A stretch of 64,000 nt of DNA, taken from the NCBI GenBank assembly GCA_013239625.1, contig MU053994.1, positions 2,609,589 to 2,673,588 of the forward strand, written 5' to 3'. The DNA comes from Lama guanicoe (taxonomy: Eukaryota). The notes under the pieces were generated by a model that had not been told where the DNA came from, did not search any database, and was given only the letters and a program-made list of their open reading frames with translations. Every line of letters starts with the position of its first letter. Positions within the stretch are counted from its first letter, which is position 1. This document shows, one piece after another, positions 1 through 11,106 of the stretch. Made by a program: the position numbers and the translations under genes.

Positions 1-462
1 GGAACAGAGAAGCGGGCAGAAGGGCAGAGAGGCCATATGTCTATGGGCGTCTATGTGGGCACTACAAAGACACAAGTTTTTATGATTTCTAGCCTGTGGG
101 TAGCGGGGAAGAGAGCAGACAATGAACAAGGCATTACACTGTCACTGGGTATCATGCAGCCTCCCTTCCTACTGCATGGGAATCACTGAATGGCATTTAC
201 ATAATCAACCTACATGGCACGATGAAAAAGCCCAAGAACACACTCAAGTGGATAGGAAGCAGGGGCACTGTACAGTTTAGGAGCTACGGCCAGTTCCCAG
301 ACAAGAGGTCATCCATCAAGCTCACAGTTCTAGGAGCTAGGACATTGAGGACATGAGTATCCATTTTAGGTGCCTATTTCTGGGCTTGGTTTTCTGGGCT
401 GCTGTTGCGCCTCACAATTTCATACTTTAACCTCCGCCTCCGGATCCCAAAGCCCTATAAGG

Positions 463-685
463 CAGGGATTGGCATACAACAGCTCATGGGCCAAATTCAG
501 CCATTGCCGGTTTTGGTAAATACAGTTTTATTGGAACATAGCCACATTCATTTGTTTAAATATCAACTATGGCTGGTTCACATTGCAACAGCAGATCTGA
601 ACAGCTATAATAAGAGCCTATATGACCCACAAGGCCTAAAATATTTACCATCTGGCCCTTTACAGAAAATGTTTGCTGATCCCTG
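463..685. mobile_element. MER58A-like hAT-Charlie MITE
   Basis: Ends CAGGGATTGGC..GCTGATCCCTG; internal 'ttttattggaacatagccac' and 'aaatatttaccatctggccctttacagaaaa' typical of MER58. Confidence 0.85.
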
Positions 686-1446
686 TTCTAAAGCATCAAA
701 GTATTTTCAACAAGTCTTCCCAAGCTCAACTGAAATAATCCATGTCCACGTTTCCACGTCTCTTTTTCACTCCCAATAACTTACAGAAGGGAGGAGTCTT
801 ACAAAAAGTATAACTCTAAACTACAGGGAAATCATTACTTTTAAGGGTTGACAATCCTTGGCCAAAGCCCTTTTTGGAAATACAAAAACACAGGTTCTGT
901 TACCTCCCTTTACTTTCTCGCTTGGGGATCATGCTAGATTATCACAACTGTGTATTCCTAAATGATATTCGTTCTGCATAAGTCTACTGGTTCTTCCATG
1001 GGAATAAAGCAAAATTTAACATTCTTTCTGACCTGCTTCTCAGAAAGGAACCCAATTTCATTAGTATATAAGCAATATGTTCGGCTTCACCCACTGAAAA
1101 ACGAATCGCCCCTTTATCAACTGACCAACTCTAAAAGTGTTAAATAATGCTCCTACTAAGAGGTACATAAGTAAGGTGTTAAAAAAAAAAAAAAGGACAA
1201 CTTTTGAGAATTAACTGGGAAGAATTTACTTCCCATTTCCATAAAGACCACAGTTTGGAATCAGAGAGATGACATAATTTAAGTCATGCTTTACATGTAT
1301 ATTATGAGATGCTGTGATTTCAACCCCACCCCTCCCAAAATAAACAAGATCACAGCCGTCTGGTTCTCCCAATGGAATCCATGTAGCTTTGTCAAGGCAA
1401 TTAAAAAATTACTCTTTGAGTACCTAAAATTGTTCCAAAAAATTAC

Positions 1447-1581
1447 CTCCATCCGAAGTCCTACAAATGGCATATTTGTATCACACATAGCGACAAAATG
1501 AGCTAGAACTTTATTGAAGGCACACATTTCTCCTGATCGTTTGGTTTTCTTGGGTTCAACTGGACACATGTCATCAGAGAA
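1447..1581 (-). CDS. MED14: MED14 exon 15 (135 nt)
   Basis: tag|[57 protein letters not shown]. Confidence 0.97.
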
Positions 1582-1964
1582 CTAGAATTTAAGTAAAGAA
1601 CACAAGTGGTTAAAAAAGTATGTGTGTAATTAGTTAAGGCAGTTGGACTACTATAACAAAAGTCAAAGTTAACCAAAACAGATGTTAATTCAGTCAACAA
1701 ATATTTACTGAGCAAATACTAACCTAAATACTGGAAATTTAGTAGTAAATATTACGTATTTACCAAGCTGCCTTGTGGAAAATGGTGCATAATTACTAAT
1801 TGAGAAGCATCTTCAAGAAAATGTAGACATTTGTTACCTAAACCTTGTAGCTGCCCAGACTCTTAAAAACCATACCTAACTTCTTTCCCATATTAAATAT
1901 GGTTAAGGAACACAGCAAAGTTAATATCCACGAATCTTGTGCTCATTTCTATCTGTGGTCATAC

Positions 1965-2159
1965 CTTGCGCTTGGTACCGGATCTAGGCTGTTTCCCAGA
2001 TTTTGTACGATAAACTGATTCCTGGATGTTTTCCTTGAACTGCTGCAGCAGGAGGGCCATGACAGGGCTGTCCTCACGATCTGCAGCATTCACAGACATG
2101 AAGTAGTACTTGTAGGACAGCTGTGTGGGTTTATTGGGAACCTCCAACATCTCCACAAC
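1965..2159 (-). CDS. MED14: MED14 exon 14 (195 nt)
   Basis: tag|GTT..AAG|GTATGA; VVEMLEVPNKPTQLSYKYYFMSVNAADREDSPVMALLLQQFKENIQESVYRTKSGKQPRSGTKRK. Confidence 0.97.
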
Positions 2160-2659
2160 CTAAAAAGGCCCAAGTCAGAAATGAGACTCAGATACAATAA
2201 GTGTTGGATATTTTCCTGCTTATACCAAGCAGGGCTCAGAATTTTAAATCTAAAGCAAATGACTTTTCCTTTAAACAAGGACAAATCAGTCATGATCTCA
2301 AAAAAAAGCACTGCAATTAAGTATGTCATCTGTTTTCTAAAAAATAGGTCAGACTAAAGAGCAATGATAAAAGTAATTTAATTAAACTAACAGCATTAGG
2401 TGTTCTTGATAGTCATACTTTAGCTTATAAACTGAAAACATTTTCTACCTATGTCCAGGGGGTCTGCTAGATTTTCTAGAATGACATCTATTTCAAACTG
2501 CCCTGCTGTCTCCCTTATCCATTAAACACCCTAAGCATTCCACTGTCATGGCAGAGAAAAATGACAACTGCCTCTCATACTTGGAAGCACACAAAGATCA
2601 ACCTTGATTTTTCAACCAAAATACACAGTCACTGTGAGGATGAGGGTAACAACATCAGG

Positions 2660-2903
2660 AGTAGTTAACACTGATCTAGAGCTTACTGTGTGCCAGGTAC
2701 TGTCCTAAGTACTTGACAGATGTTAACACATTTAATTCTCCTAACAACTCGATGAAGTAGAGATTCTTATCTTCATTTTTCTGATGAGGAAACTGAGGCA
2801 CAAAAAAGTTAGGTTAATTGCCCAAGGCCTCAGAGGTAAGAAGAGGTAGACTCGTGCTTTGATCCTAGACATCTGGCTCCAGAGGCCTTGCTCTTACTAC
2901 ACC
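2660..2903 (-). mobile_element. MIR SINE
   Basis: MIR core 'gatgaggaaactgaggcac..ttgcccaagg'. Confidence 0.85.
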
Positions 2904-3136
2904 AGCTTACTATTTCCAAGGTCTACCTAAAATTTAAGAAAAGTCCCCTAAATACTTTAATGAGAAAAATAAACACCACTGGGCAAAGCCCTTGACCAAC
3001 ACACACCTTTCTGTCTCTCTTCCTTCCTCCCCTCTCCCTCAACTCCCTCCTCCCCACATTCTCTTCAGGAAATTGGCCAACAGCTAAGCATCACCGAGGC
3101 ACCTGAGGAAATCCAAGAATTAAAAGTAAAATGGAA

Positions 3137-3907
3137 CTTCACCAAAGAAGACACATGGATAGCAGATCAACACATGAAAAGAAATTCAACATCATCAGCC
3201 ACCAGGGCAGCATAAATCAAGACTACAATAAGATACCACTACATATCTATCAGAATGGCTAACTTTTTTTTTTTTAATCGCAATACTAAGAGCTGATAAG
3301 AATGCAGAGCAACTGGAACTCTCATGTACTGCTGGCAGGAATGCAAAATTGTTTGGCCACTTTGGAAAACAGCTTGGCAGTTTCTTATAAAGCTGAACAT
3401 ACGCTTAAGTGTATGACCCAACAATCCCACTCTTACTTATCCAAAAGAAATGGAAACGTAAGTTCACAAAACAATCTATTTGCAAATGCTTATAGCAGCT
3501 TTATTCACAACTGCCCCAAAATGGAAACAACCAAGATGTCCTTCAATGGGACACTGGTTAAACAAACTGTGATACATCCATACCAAGGAACACTACTCAG
3601 CAATAAAAAAAAATCTATTATATACACAATGATATGGATGAAAATCAAAGGCATTATACTGAGTGAAAGAAACTACACTGGAAGACCAAACTAGAGAGAC
3701 AGAAAGCAGGTCAGTGGTCACTAGATGAGAATGGGGTGAGGATTTGATTATAGACAGGCAGCATGAGGGGACTCTGGGGGGTGATGGATCTGTTCTCTGT
3801 CCTGTTGAGATGGAGATTACAAAACTGTATGCATTTATTAAATCTCAGACACAAAAAAGTCTGAATTTTTACTGTATATAAATTATATCTTAATAAAGCT
3901 GGCAAAA
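3137..3907 (+). mobile_element. Old L1 (L1MB/MC-type) ORF2 end + 3'UTR
   Basis: 'aaagaagacacatggatagc..', 'ccactttggaaaacagcttggcagtttctta', 3'UTR ending aataaa. Confidence 0.85.
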
Positions 3908-5199
3908 GTAAAATAGTAGAAAGACATTTAAAGGTAGTAAGGCTTTAGAAGATGCTGTTCTTCTTAATGTCCACGGCAGTTTTTTCTACTATTATGAATG
4001 TATCATCCCTAAGTGAGAAATATGGAAGATGAATGGTAACGTACATTCAGTTTTGGTCTAAACAATGTGAAACAAATTATGGCTTTATAACAAATCACTA
4101 GTCACTGAAACTTAAAGCCTGGCTTTTTGTTGATACTAAATAAGGGTCAGAAAATAATAAATTATAATCATTTTATTTTGTGTGTGACTGAGTATGAAAG
4201 ATCTTTGTGTGTTCATAGGTTTATTATGCGTATCATTTCACATGTAGACCAGGCAGCTCACGGAGAACTCAAACAGCAATCCTCTGTCACGTGCCAAATC
4301 TAGTCCCACAGCTGGTGTTTTAAAATTCAGAAAAAAGTGCAATTCACATCAATGACAAACTTTTTAGTCTACGTAAGTTACACTAACTTAATATATATCA
4401 GGCTACACAGGGTTCCTTTTTAAGATAGTATCTTTTAAAAGTACAGGCTCACAACCTTAAAAAAAATTTCACTCCCACTACCTTCAACCAACAATCCTGA
4501 ATTAAATTTTTCAAACACCTTAAAATCTTAGCCAAAAGTATCTACTTGGTGTACACAAAATTTTCTATAAGCAGTAAATATATTTATGAAATATGAGTCC
4601 ATATTTCAAATTCTTGCAAATTTTAACCAATTCAAAGATCTCAAAGAAACTTAACTTGAAGCCACCTGTCAAGAATGAAAAAGGGCTAAAGATTTTACTG
4701 TGCACTGAAAGGTACATGCAATCAATGAAATGGATATATATGTCTTCGAGCAATTAAGGATGAAAAAATAAAGCTACTCTAGCCAGCCATATTTAAAAGG
4801 CAGCATTATGCAAGTTAACATTTGATTAAAACCAAACAAGTTTATCTGACACCAAAGCATCTCCAAACTTTCACAGTAGTCACTTGCAAATTCTTTCTTA
4901 TACAGATGCCTCAGTCCAAGCAGAAACTAGGCGTCACTATAGGAGATGCTAGGGTGAGGGATGGGGGCAAACCTTATATTCCCAACCCTGCCTAATCATT
5001 ATATAATTCCTTAGAGATATGATTTTCTGCTCTCCCCCATCCCTACCATCTCTCCCCCTTCTCCTGGGTTGAGAATCACTATACAAAAGTCAAATATCTA
5101 AAAAAAATACATTTGCAAATTAAACTAAACAATAAATCATTCAAGATACTAATAGAATTACTGAACTCAATCACCCAAATCATCCCTTCACATACTTAC

Positions 5200-5359
5200 A
5201 ATGTAGTATTGTGGAAGACGGGTAAGTTTAATGAACAGCTTATTCTTAGAAAGGTTTCCAATAGGATGGGTTGAATAATTGGACAGCTGTAATGTTTCAC
5301 TGCTTATTGTAGGCAGGTGTTTTATAGATTGTTTGCAACGCTGTTGTCCAAGCCAAAAC
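5200..5359 (-). CDS. MED14: MED14 exon 13 (160 nt)
   Basis: aag|[65 protein letters not shown] (within ORF 5188..5388). Confidence 0.97.
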
Positions 5360-6179
5360 CTTAATTTAAAAGAGATAATCCACACCACAAAATTATAAGA
5401 CTTGTCTGATTAGCTATGTGTTACTGATTTATAAATAGACTATTAGAAGAGCACTAAGAAACCAATTAATTTGAAATTTAACTGAACTAGTAAAACGACA
5501 CATGACCATAATGATGAATCATTTCTCTAGTTTTGTAGTGGGTTGTTAGTTCTTTTTATTTTTTTTGGACTGTTAGTTCTAATTCTAGTTTAAGGAGTTT
5601 AAACTGCAGTGTGAATGGTCTGATTAGTTATAAGACAGAACTAACTAGTATTAAGGCTGAGACATTATATCAGTTTTTTACAGGAGATTAAAGATTTCCT
5701 ATGGTTACAAGACAACACAAGCTAGTCTCAACATCCTTTATAAAATGCCTGAAGTGTTTATAAAATAAAATAGAATAATAAATAAGTATGAAAGTATCTC
5801 ATTTTTCTGGTATCATAGGAGACATGTAGTCCCAGTTTTTATACTATGCATGTAAAGTGATGGGAATCCCTAATAGGTGCCAATGTTAACTACCTTCTTT
5901 CACTCTTTCCCAGTTAAGCCTCCAGATTTCACTTTGATGCTTCTATATAGAACCCCTCTCATTCCTTTTATTTGCTTATCTATCCTTGACACTAGGACAC
6001 CATGTAATTATGTGAAAAGGGGATAAAATGATTGGCACACTAACTCTCACCGATCCACAATGAGACAACTCAGAAAATAAAAATATGAATTTAGAAGCTT
6101 TTCACAGCAACACAACAACGCCTCAACATTCAAGCTTATAATCACTAGGCTCGCCTTGCTGAACAGGGCATAGAACAGT

Positions 6180-6700
6180 TCAGGTGTTGTTGCATTTGTG
6201 TGATGAGCTTCCTGTGGTACAAAATGTGGACCAGTTGTGTGCAGTAAAACAATGTTTAATATAGAGCATTTTAAGGGCAGTTTGTAAACTATTACCCAAA
6301 AATGTATCAAATCTGGAAACTTTTTTTTAACAATGAAAAACAAATTTAACTGCAACTTCAAAGGATCACTTGCTAGAACTGGCTATTCATAAAGGAACGA
6401 AGATAAATTTTCAAAATACACCAATACCTGCTTCATTTTGGATGATAGTCAAAAACGAATATTCTAAACTTGCTAAAATTGCTTTCCAATCTCTACTTCC
6501 AGTTGCGTCAACATACCTTTGTAAGACTGGTATCTCTACTATGTGTGTTATTTTAAAAAAAACATAGAAACAGTTAAAATATACCTTATCTTCCATGATT
6601 ATCATCATCATCAATCCAATCTAGATTAGATCAGTTAAAAGAAACAAGTTCATTTATCACATTAAAAATTCTAAATATAAGATATTACAAATATATATAA
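6180..6700 (+). mobile_element. hAT-Charlie transposase remnant (C-terminal dimerisation domain)
   Basis: ORF 6370..6567 FWMIVKNEYSKLAKIAFQSLLPVASTYLCKTGIS resembles the Charlie/ZBED5-type FW..EYP.L...A...LLPF.STYLCE.GFS motif. Confidence 0.8.
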
Positions 6701-6835
6701 ATTATAAATAAAGAAATAATAAATACAAGATAATCTTTTCCAAGCATATATGGAATTGCTTTCCCACTTTTTTTTGTTATCACTTTGTGGAACAAAAAAT
6801 TTAAGTGTAAGAGTAAACATCTATATGTACACTTT

Positions 6836-6969
6836 TCATTTGTTTGTTTGAGGGGGTTGGCAATTGGGTTTATTCATTTATTTCTATTTGGAGGTGGTGC
6901 TGGGGATTGAACCTGGGACCTCATGCATGTCAAGCATGTGCTCTACCACTTGAGCTATACCCTCTCCCT
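6836..6969 (-). mobile_element. tRNA-derived SINE (camelid Vic-1-like)
   Basis: Reverse complement GGGAGAGGGTATAGCTCAAGTGGTAGAGCAC..GGTTCAATCCCCAG with Pol III A/B boxes; TSD TATATGTA(C/T)ACTTT at 6822-6835 and 6970-6983. Confidence 0.88.
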
Positions 6970-7159
6970 TATATGTATACTTTCAATGAAAAATGTGTAT
7001 TGATTTAAAAATTTTTTTACGTTGTTTGTTCTGATTTTATATATTGAAATGCAATTTTATGTCTCTTGACTCTAATGAAAAAATTGGAGCTTTTGAACAT
7101 GCTTTTTCATTTCTTTTATAAGACTGTTTTCATTGCATATTATGAAAAAAGTAATCACA

Positions 7160-7938
7160 CGAACAGATGCCCAACATCACCAGTCATTAGGGAAATGTAA
7201 ATTAAAACCACAGTGAGATACCTCATCACACTCATTAGAATGGCTGTAGTTGAAGACAGTAACAAGCATTGACAAGGATGCAGAGAAATGGAAAACCTCA
7301 TATACTGCTGACGTAACTGTCAAATGGCACAGCTACTCTGCAGACTAGTTTGGCAGCTTTTTTAGAAACTTAAACATAAGTTTATTGTATGATCCAGTGA
7401 TTCCATTCCTAGTGGAATGAACATGTAAGTCCACATACACACTTGCACATGAATACTCATAGCAGCATTATTCATAAGAGTCAAAAGTGTAAACAATTCA
7501 AATGTCCAACAACTGATGAATGGATAAATAAAATGTGGCCTATCCCTACAATGGAATATTAGTCAGCCATAAAAAGGAATGGAGTACTGAAACACCTTAC
7601 AACATGGATGAATCTCGAAACATTATGTTAAGTGAAAGAAGCCAGTCACAAAAGACCACATACTTTATGATTCCATTTACATGAAATGTTCAGAAAAGGA
7701 AAGTCTACAGAAACAGAAAGCAGATTCACAGTTGCCTGGGGCTGAGGCTGAGAATGGGGATTAGGTGTAAATGAGCATCTTTTTGAGGCAATGGAAATGT
7801 TCTAAGTGTTCTAAAACTGAATTGTGGTTATGGTTACAAAACTCAGTAAATTTACTGCAAGTCATCGAATTGTACACTTAAAACAGCTGAATTTTATATT
7901 ATATAAATTACACTTCAATAATATTATTAAAAAAAAAA
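7160..7938 (+). mobile_element. L1MB-type 3' fragment
   Basis: 'tcattagggaaatgtaaattaaaaccacagtgagatacc', 'gccataaaaaggaatggagtactga', A-rich tail. Confidence 0.88.
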
Positions 7939-9092
7939 GTCCCATGACAATTATCAATGAACTGGTCATTCACCAAAGATCATCTGAGAGGCACTACTAT
8001 AAATGACAACCAGGGGACCTTTCTTACAAATAATGTGAGTTTAAGTACAGACACACATTTGATAAGTTTAAGGCTTTGGGGACTTGACTTTCTGGTTTTA
8101 GGTTATATTTCTACCAGCAGGAACTGCCAAACAACCTCAAGTTATGCAAGATGTGAATTATTAAGTATTTAAACCTTGTTGGTTTAGCCAAAATGCACAA
8201 AATGATGCTAAATCACTAAAATTTTTATTGTTACCCAGAGTAACGACTATCATTTTTCATATACAAACTAAACAGCTATTCAAAAGAAGGCTCATAGCAT
8301 ATCATCTATCTATTAGCATTAAAAATCATGTCCTGTTAATGAAAAAATTACTTGATTATGTTGAATTCTCCAGCTATTTACAAAACCAAAACTGGCAAAA
8401 GGAGGAGGGGTAGACTAGATGATCACAAAAGCAACAGATCCCACTGAACAGTCTAGCCCTTCACCCCGTCCTCCACCCTGCCATTCGCCAGTTCGGTTTT
8501 AATCTGATATTTATTTTTATCCCTTGGAATTCTATTGTATTGAGTTAAAAAGAGAGTCTGTTCGAGTTGCCATAATGGTACCTTTGTGTACCAGGGTGGT
8601 AATGAAACCTCCTCGAATTATCTCTAGCTCCATTTTCAATTTTATTTAACAGTGTGAAGCATTCAAAGGATTTTGAAACAAACTGAATGACAGTATTAAA
8701 GAAGCAGAAATGACTATTCTGAAAGTGTCAGCTGGTAGATTCATACCATGAAGATTATCCTGGATAAGAATAGATAAGACTCTATTGCAAAGGACATTAG
8801 CTACAGTAAAATTCATTGTGTAAGTGACTTGTAGGGTGCTTGTACAGGAGAAAACATGGCAAACAATGAAAGCCTTTCATACCTATATTTGCCCTAGAGG
8901 GGAATTTGATAGGAAGCACTGCCATCATGGACCTATTCCAAGAGAATTTAGATTCTAAGTACCAAAAAGCACTCAAGTTTCATGTCACAAACATTAAGAA
9001 TAGTGACTAATCAAGAGCAATAATGGAGAAGAAAATATATGCTGTCAAAATAAGTTTCCATTTTCAGTCCTGAGCTTAACAGACAAGCTTAC

Positions 9093-9171
9093 TTCAGTTG
9101 TTGAATCCAAGGAATGATCCGTTTCATATCATCATTCACAGACTTCTCCATGTCATCCAGTGTGGACTGGT
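9093..9171 (-). CDS. MED14: MED14 exon 12 (79 nt)
   Basis: tag|[39 protein letters not shown]. Confidence 0.96.
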
Positions 9172-9702
9172 CTATGGAATAAAGCACTTCATTACATGAG
9201 ACACAAAATATCTAGGTAGCCCAAAATTTAAATGGAAATTATTGTTTCAGTCAGAAAATAGTGTTATTTTTGAGTCAGAGGAAAACTAAACTAAATGCAT
9301 ATGAGGCATAAATAAACCTACTTTGTTTTCCCTCTTAAGAGTTATAGTTAAGATAATTAATAGCAAATGTACATTGGCAGGAAGAATAAGTAACAAAGAA
9401 TAAGTTCCCAAAACTCTTAGTCTAGTTAATTAGTATTTTAAACTCATAAGGATTTAAAACTCATAGTATTACTAGACTTAGAACCTTAAAAATTGTAAAA
9501 ACTATAAAACACCATTAAAATGTTTATTAAACACAAATGGTTTCTGGCATAAGGAAGAGCTGTTGGCTGAAGATTAGCTTGCTAAATGTCACTTAGAATT
9601 TTTAACAACACTAGAAAATGCTGACAATAGAATGCTGAGCAAAAAGCAAAATATAAAATGATTCAACAAAAGAAAAACGTATAGACAAAATTAGAAGAGC
9701 AT

Positions 9703-10093
9703 TGCTATGGATTGAACTGTATCCCCCCAAATTCATATGCTGAAGCCCTAACTCTTAATGTGAGTTACTAATGTGAGTTTACTATCACTAATGTTTAGAG
9801 GTGGAGACTCTGGGAGATAATCAGGTTTAGATGAGGTTATGAGGGTGGGGCCCTCATAAAAGATTAGTGCCCTTACAAAGAAGAGACACCAGAGAGCTTG
9901 CTCTCTTCCTATCATATGAGGACACAGCAAGAAGGCTGATGACTCTCCAAGCCAGGAAGAAAGCCCTCACCATAACCCAACCATGCTGGCAACCTGATCT
10001 CAGACTTCCAACCTCTAGAACTGTGAGAAAATAAATTTCTGTTGTTTAAGCCACCCACTCTGGTTCTTTGTTATGGCAGCCTGAGCTAAGACA
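9703..10093 (+). mobile_element. MaLR solo LTR (MLT1B-like)
   Basis: TG..CA termini, MLT1 motifs, AATAAA, perfect 5-bp TSD AGCAT (9698-9702, 10094-10098). Confidence 0.9.
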
Positions 10094-10980
10094 AGCATAC
10101 GTTCCCCTAAAAACAATGACTGCCAACAGGTAACTATTTATTGCTTCTTCTCTCATTTTTAAATGTTTAGATTTTTTACTTATGAGTATGTATCATGTTA
10201 ATCATCAAGAAAGCAGTCAAATAAGAAGTTCTGAAGAACAGACAATTGCCTAATGTGCCACTTATCACTTAGCCATCATAAATGTGATGTGATTCAAAGT
10301 AATGAGGCCACTTTTCCATGAGCAGTTCATAGAAAAATCTATCTTTATAGCTATAAAATATAGCCAAAAAGTCTTTTATTTTCATCTATACAGCTTAATA
10401 TTAATTTCAAATGGCAAATGTGCTAATATATTCAGGAACACTGTTCCATTAGCAATACAAAAACATTGAGTTCCTAGTATTTCATCATTTCAGAACACCA
10501 ACTTGGTAACAGAACATGTGAGAAATCAAACTTCAATTTCTACTATGTGTAAGCCAGAAAAAGAAAATTCTTTTCCACAAGATTTTGCACCCCAAGTCAT
10601 CTGAGATGTTTATACTGTCATAAATTTGTTTTTCAGCCATGAATGACATTAGAATCCCTTGTCATCTCCATGTCACCCAGCTATTAACAGTATATATTTA
10701 ATCTAAAAAAAAGATCAGCCAACAACATTATTACTTTTACATAGTAATAGACAACATGAATGTACTTCATATTGCAAAGTTTAATTTCTGGTACAAGAGA
10801 ATCTAAAGTAGAGTTAAAATGGGACCCAAGGAACAGACATTAGCCAGTCATTCCTTCCATATCTACTTTCTACATACGGTTTATACCACCCCGCCCAATA
10901 CCTCAGGGTAAAAAATGTTTATTCTGCTTTTGTTAAAAATATTTTTCCTTACACTGTGATTATATCATTTAGTAACTTAC

Positions 10981-11106
10981 CAAGTCCATAAAGCATCAAC
11001 TGGAACATTCCAGAATGCAAATCTACAAAAATGTGTAGACACTCTGAATTACCACAGGGCTCCAAGATGGGAACAACAAGAGCTGGAAGTGCAGTCTCTA
11101 TGAAAG
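10981..11106 (-). CDS. MED14: MED14 exon 11 (126 nt)
   Basis: cag|[54 protein letters not shown]. Confidence 0.96.

Noticed and set aside
405..779. 124-aa + strand ORF
   Set aside because: Runs through a MER58 MITE; non-ATG start; no coding signature
3302..3694. 130-aa ORF and similar ORFs in L1 regions (20890..21189, 42402..42740, 59311..59640, 63236..63505)
   Set aside because: Chance or residual frames in degenerate L1 fragments
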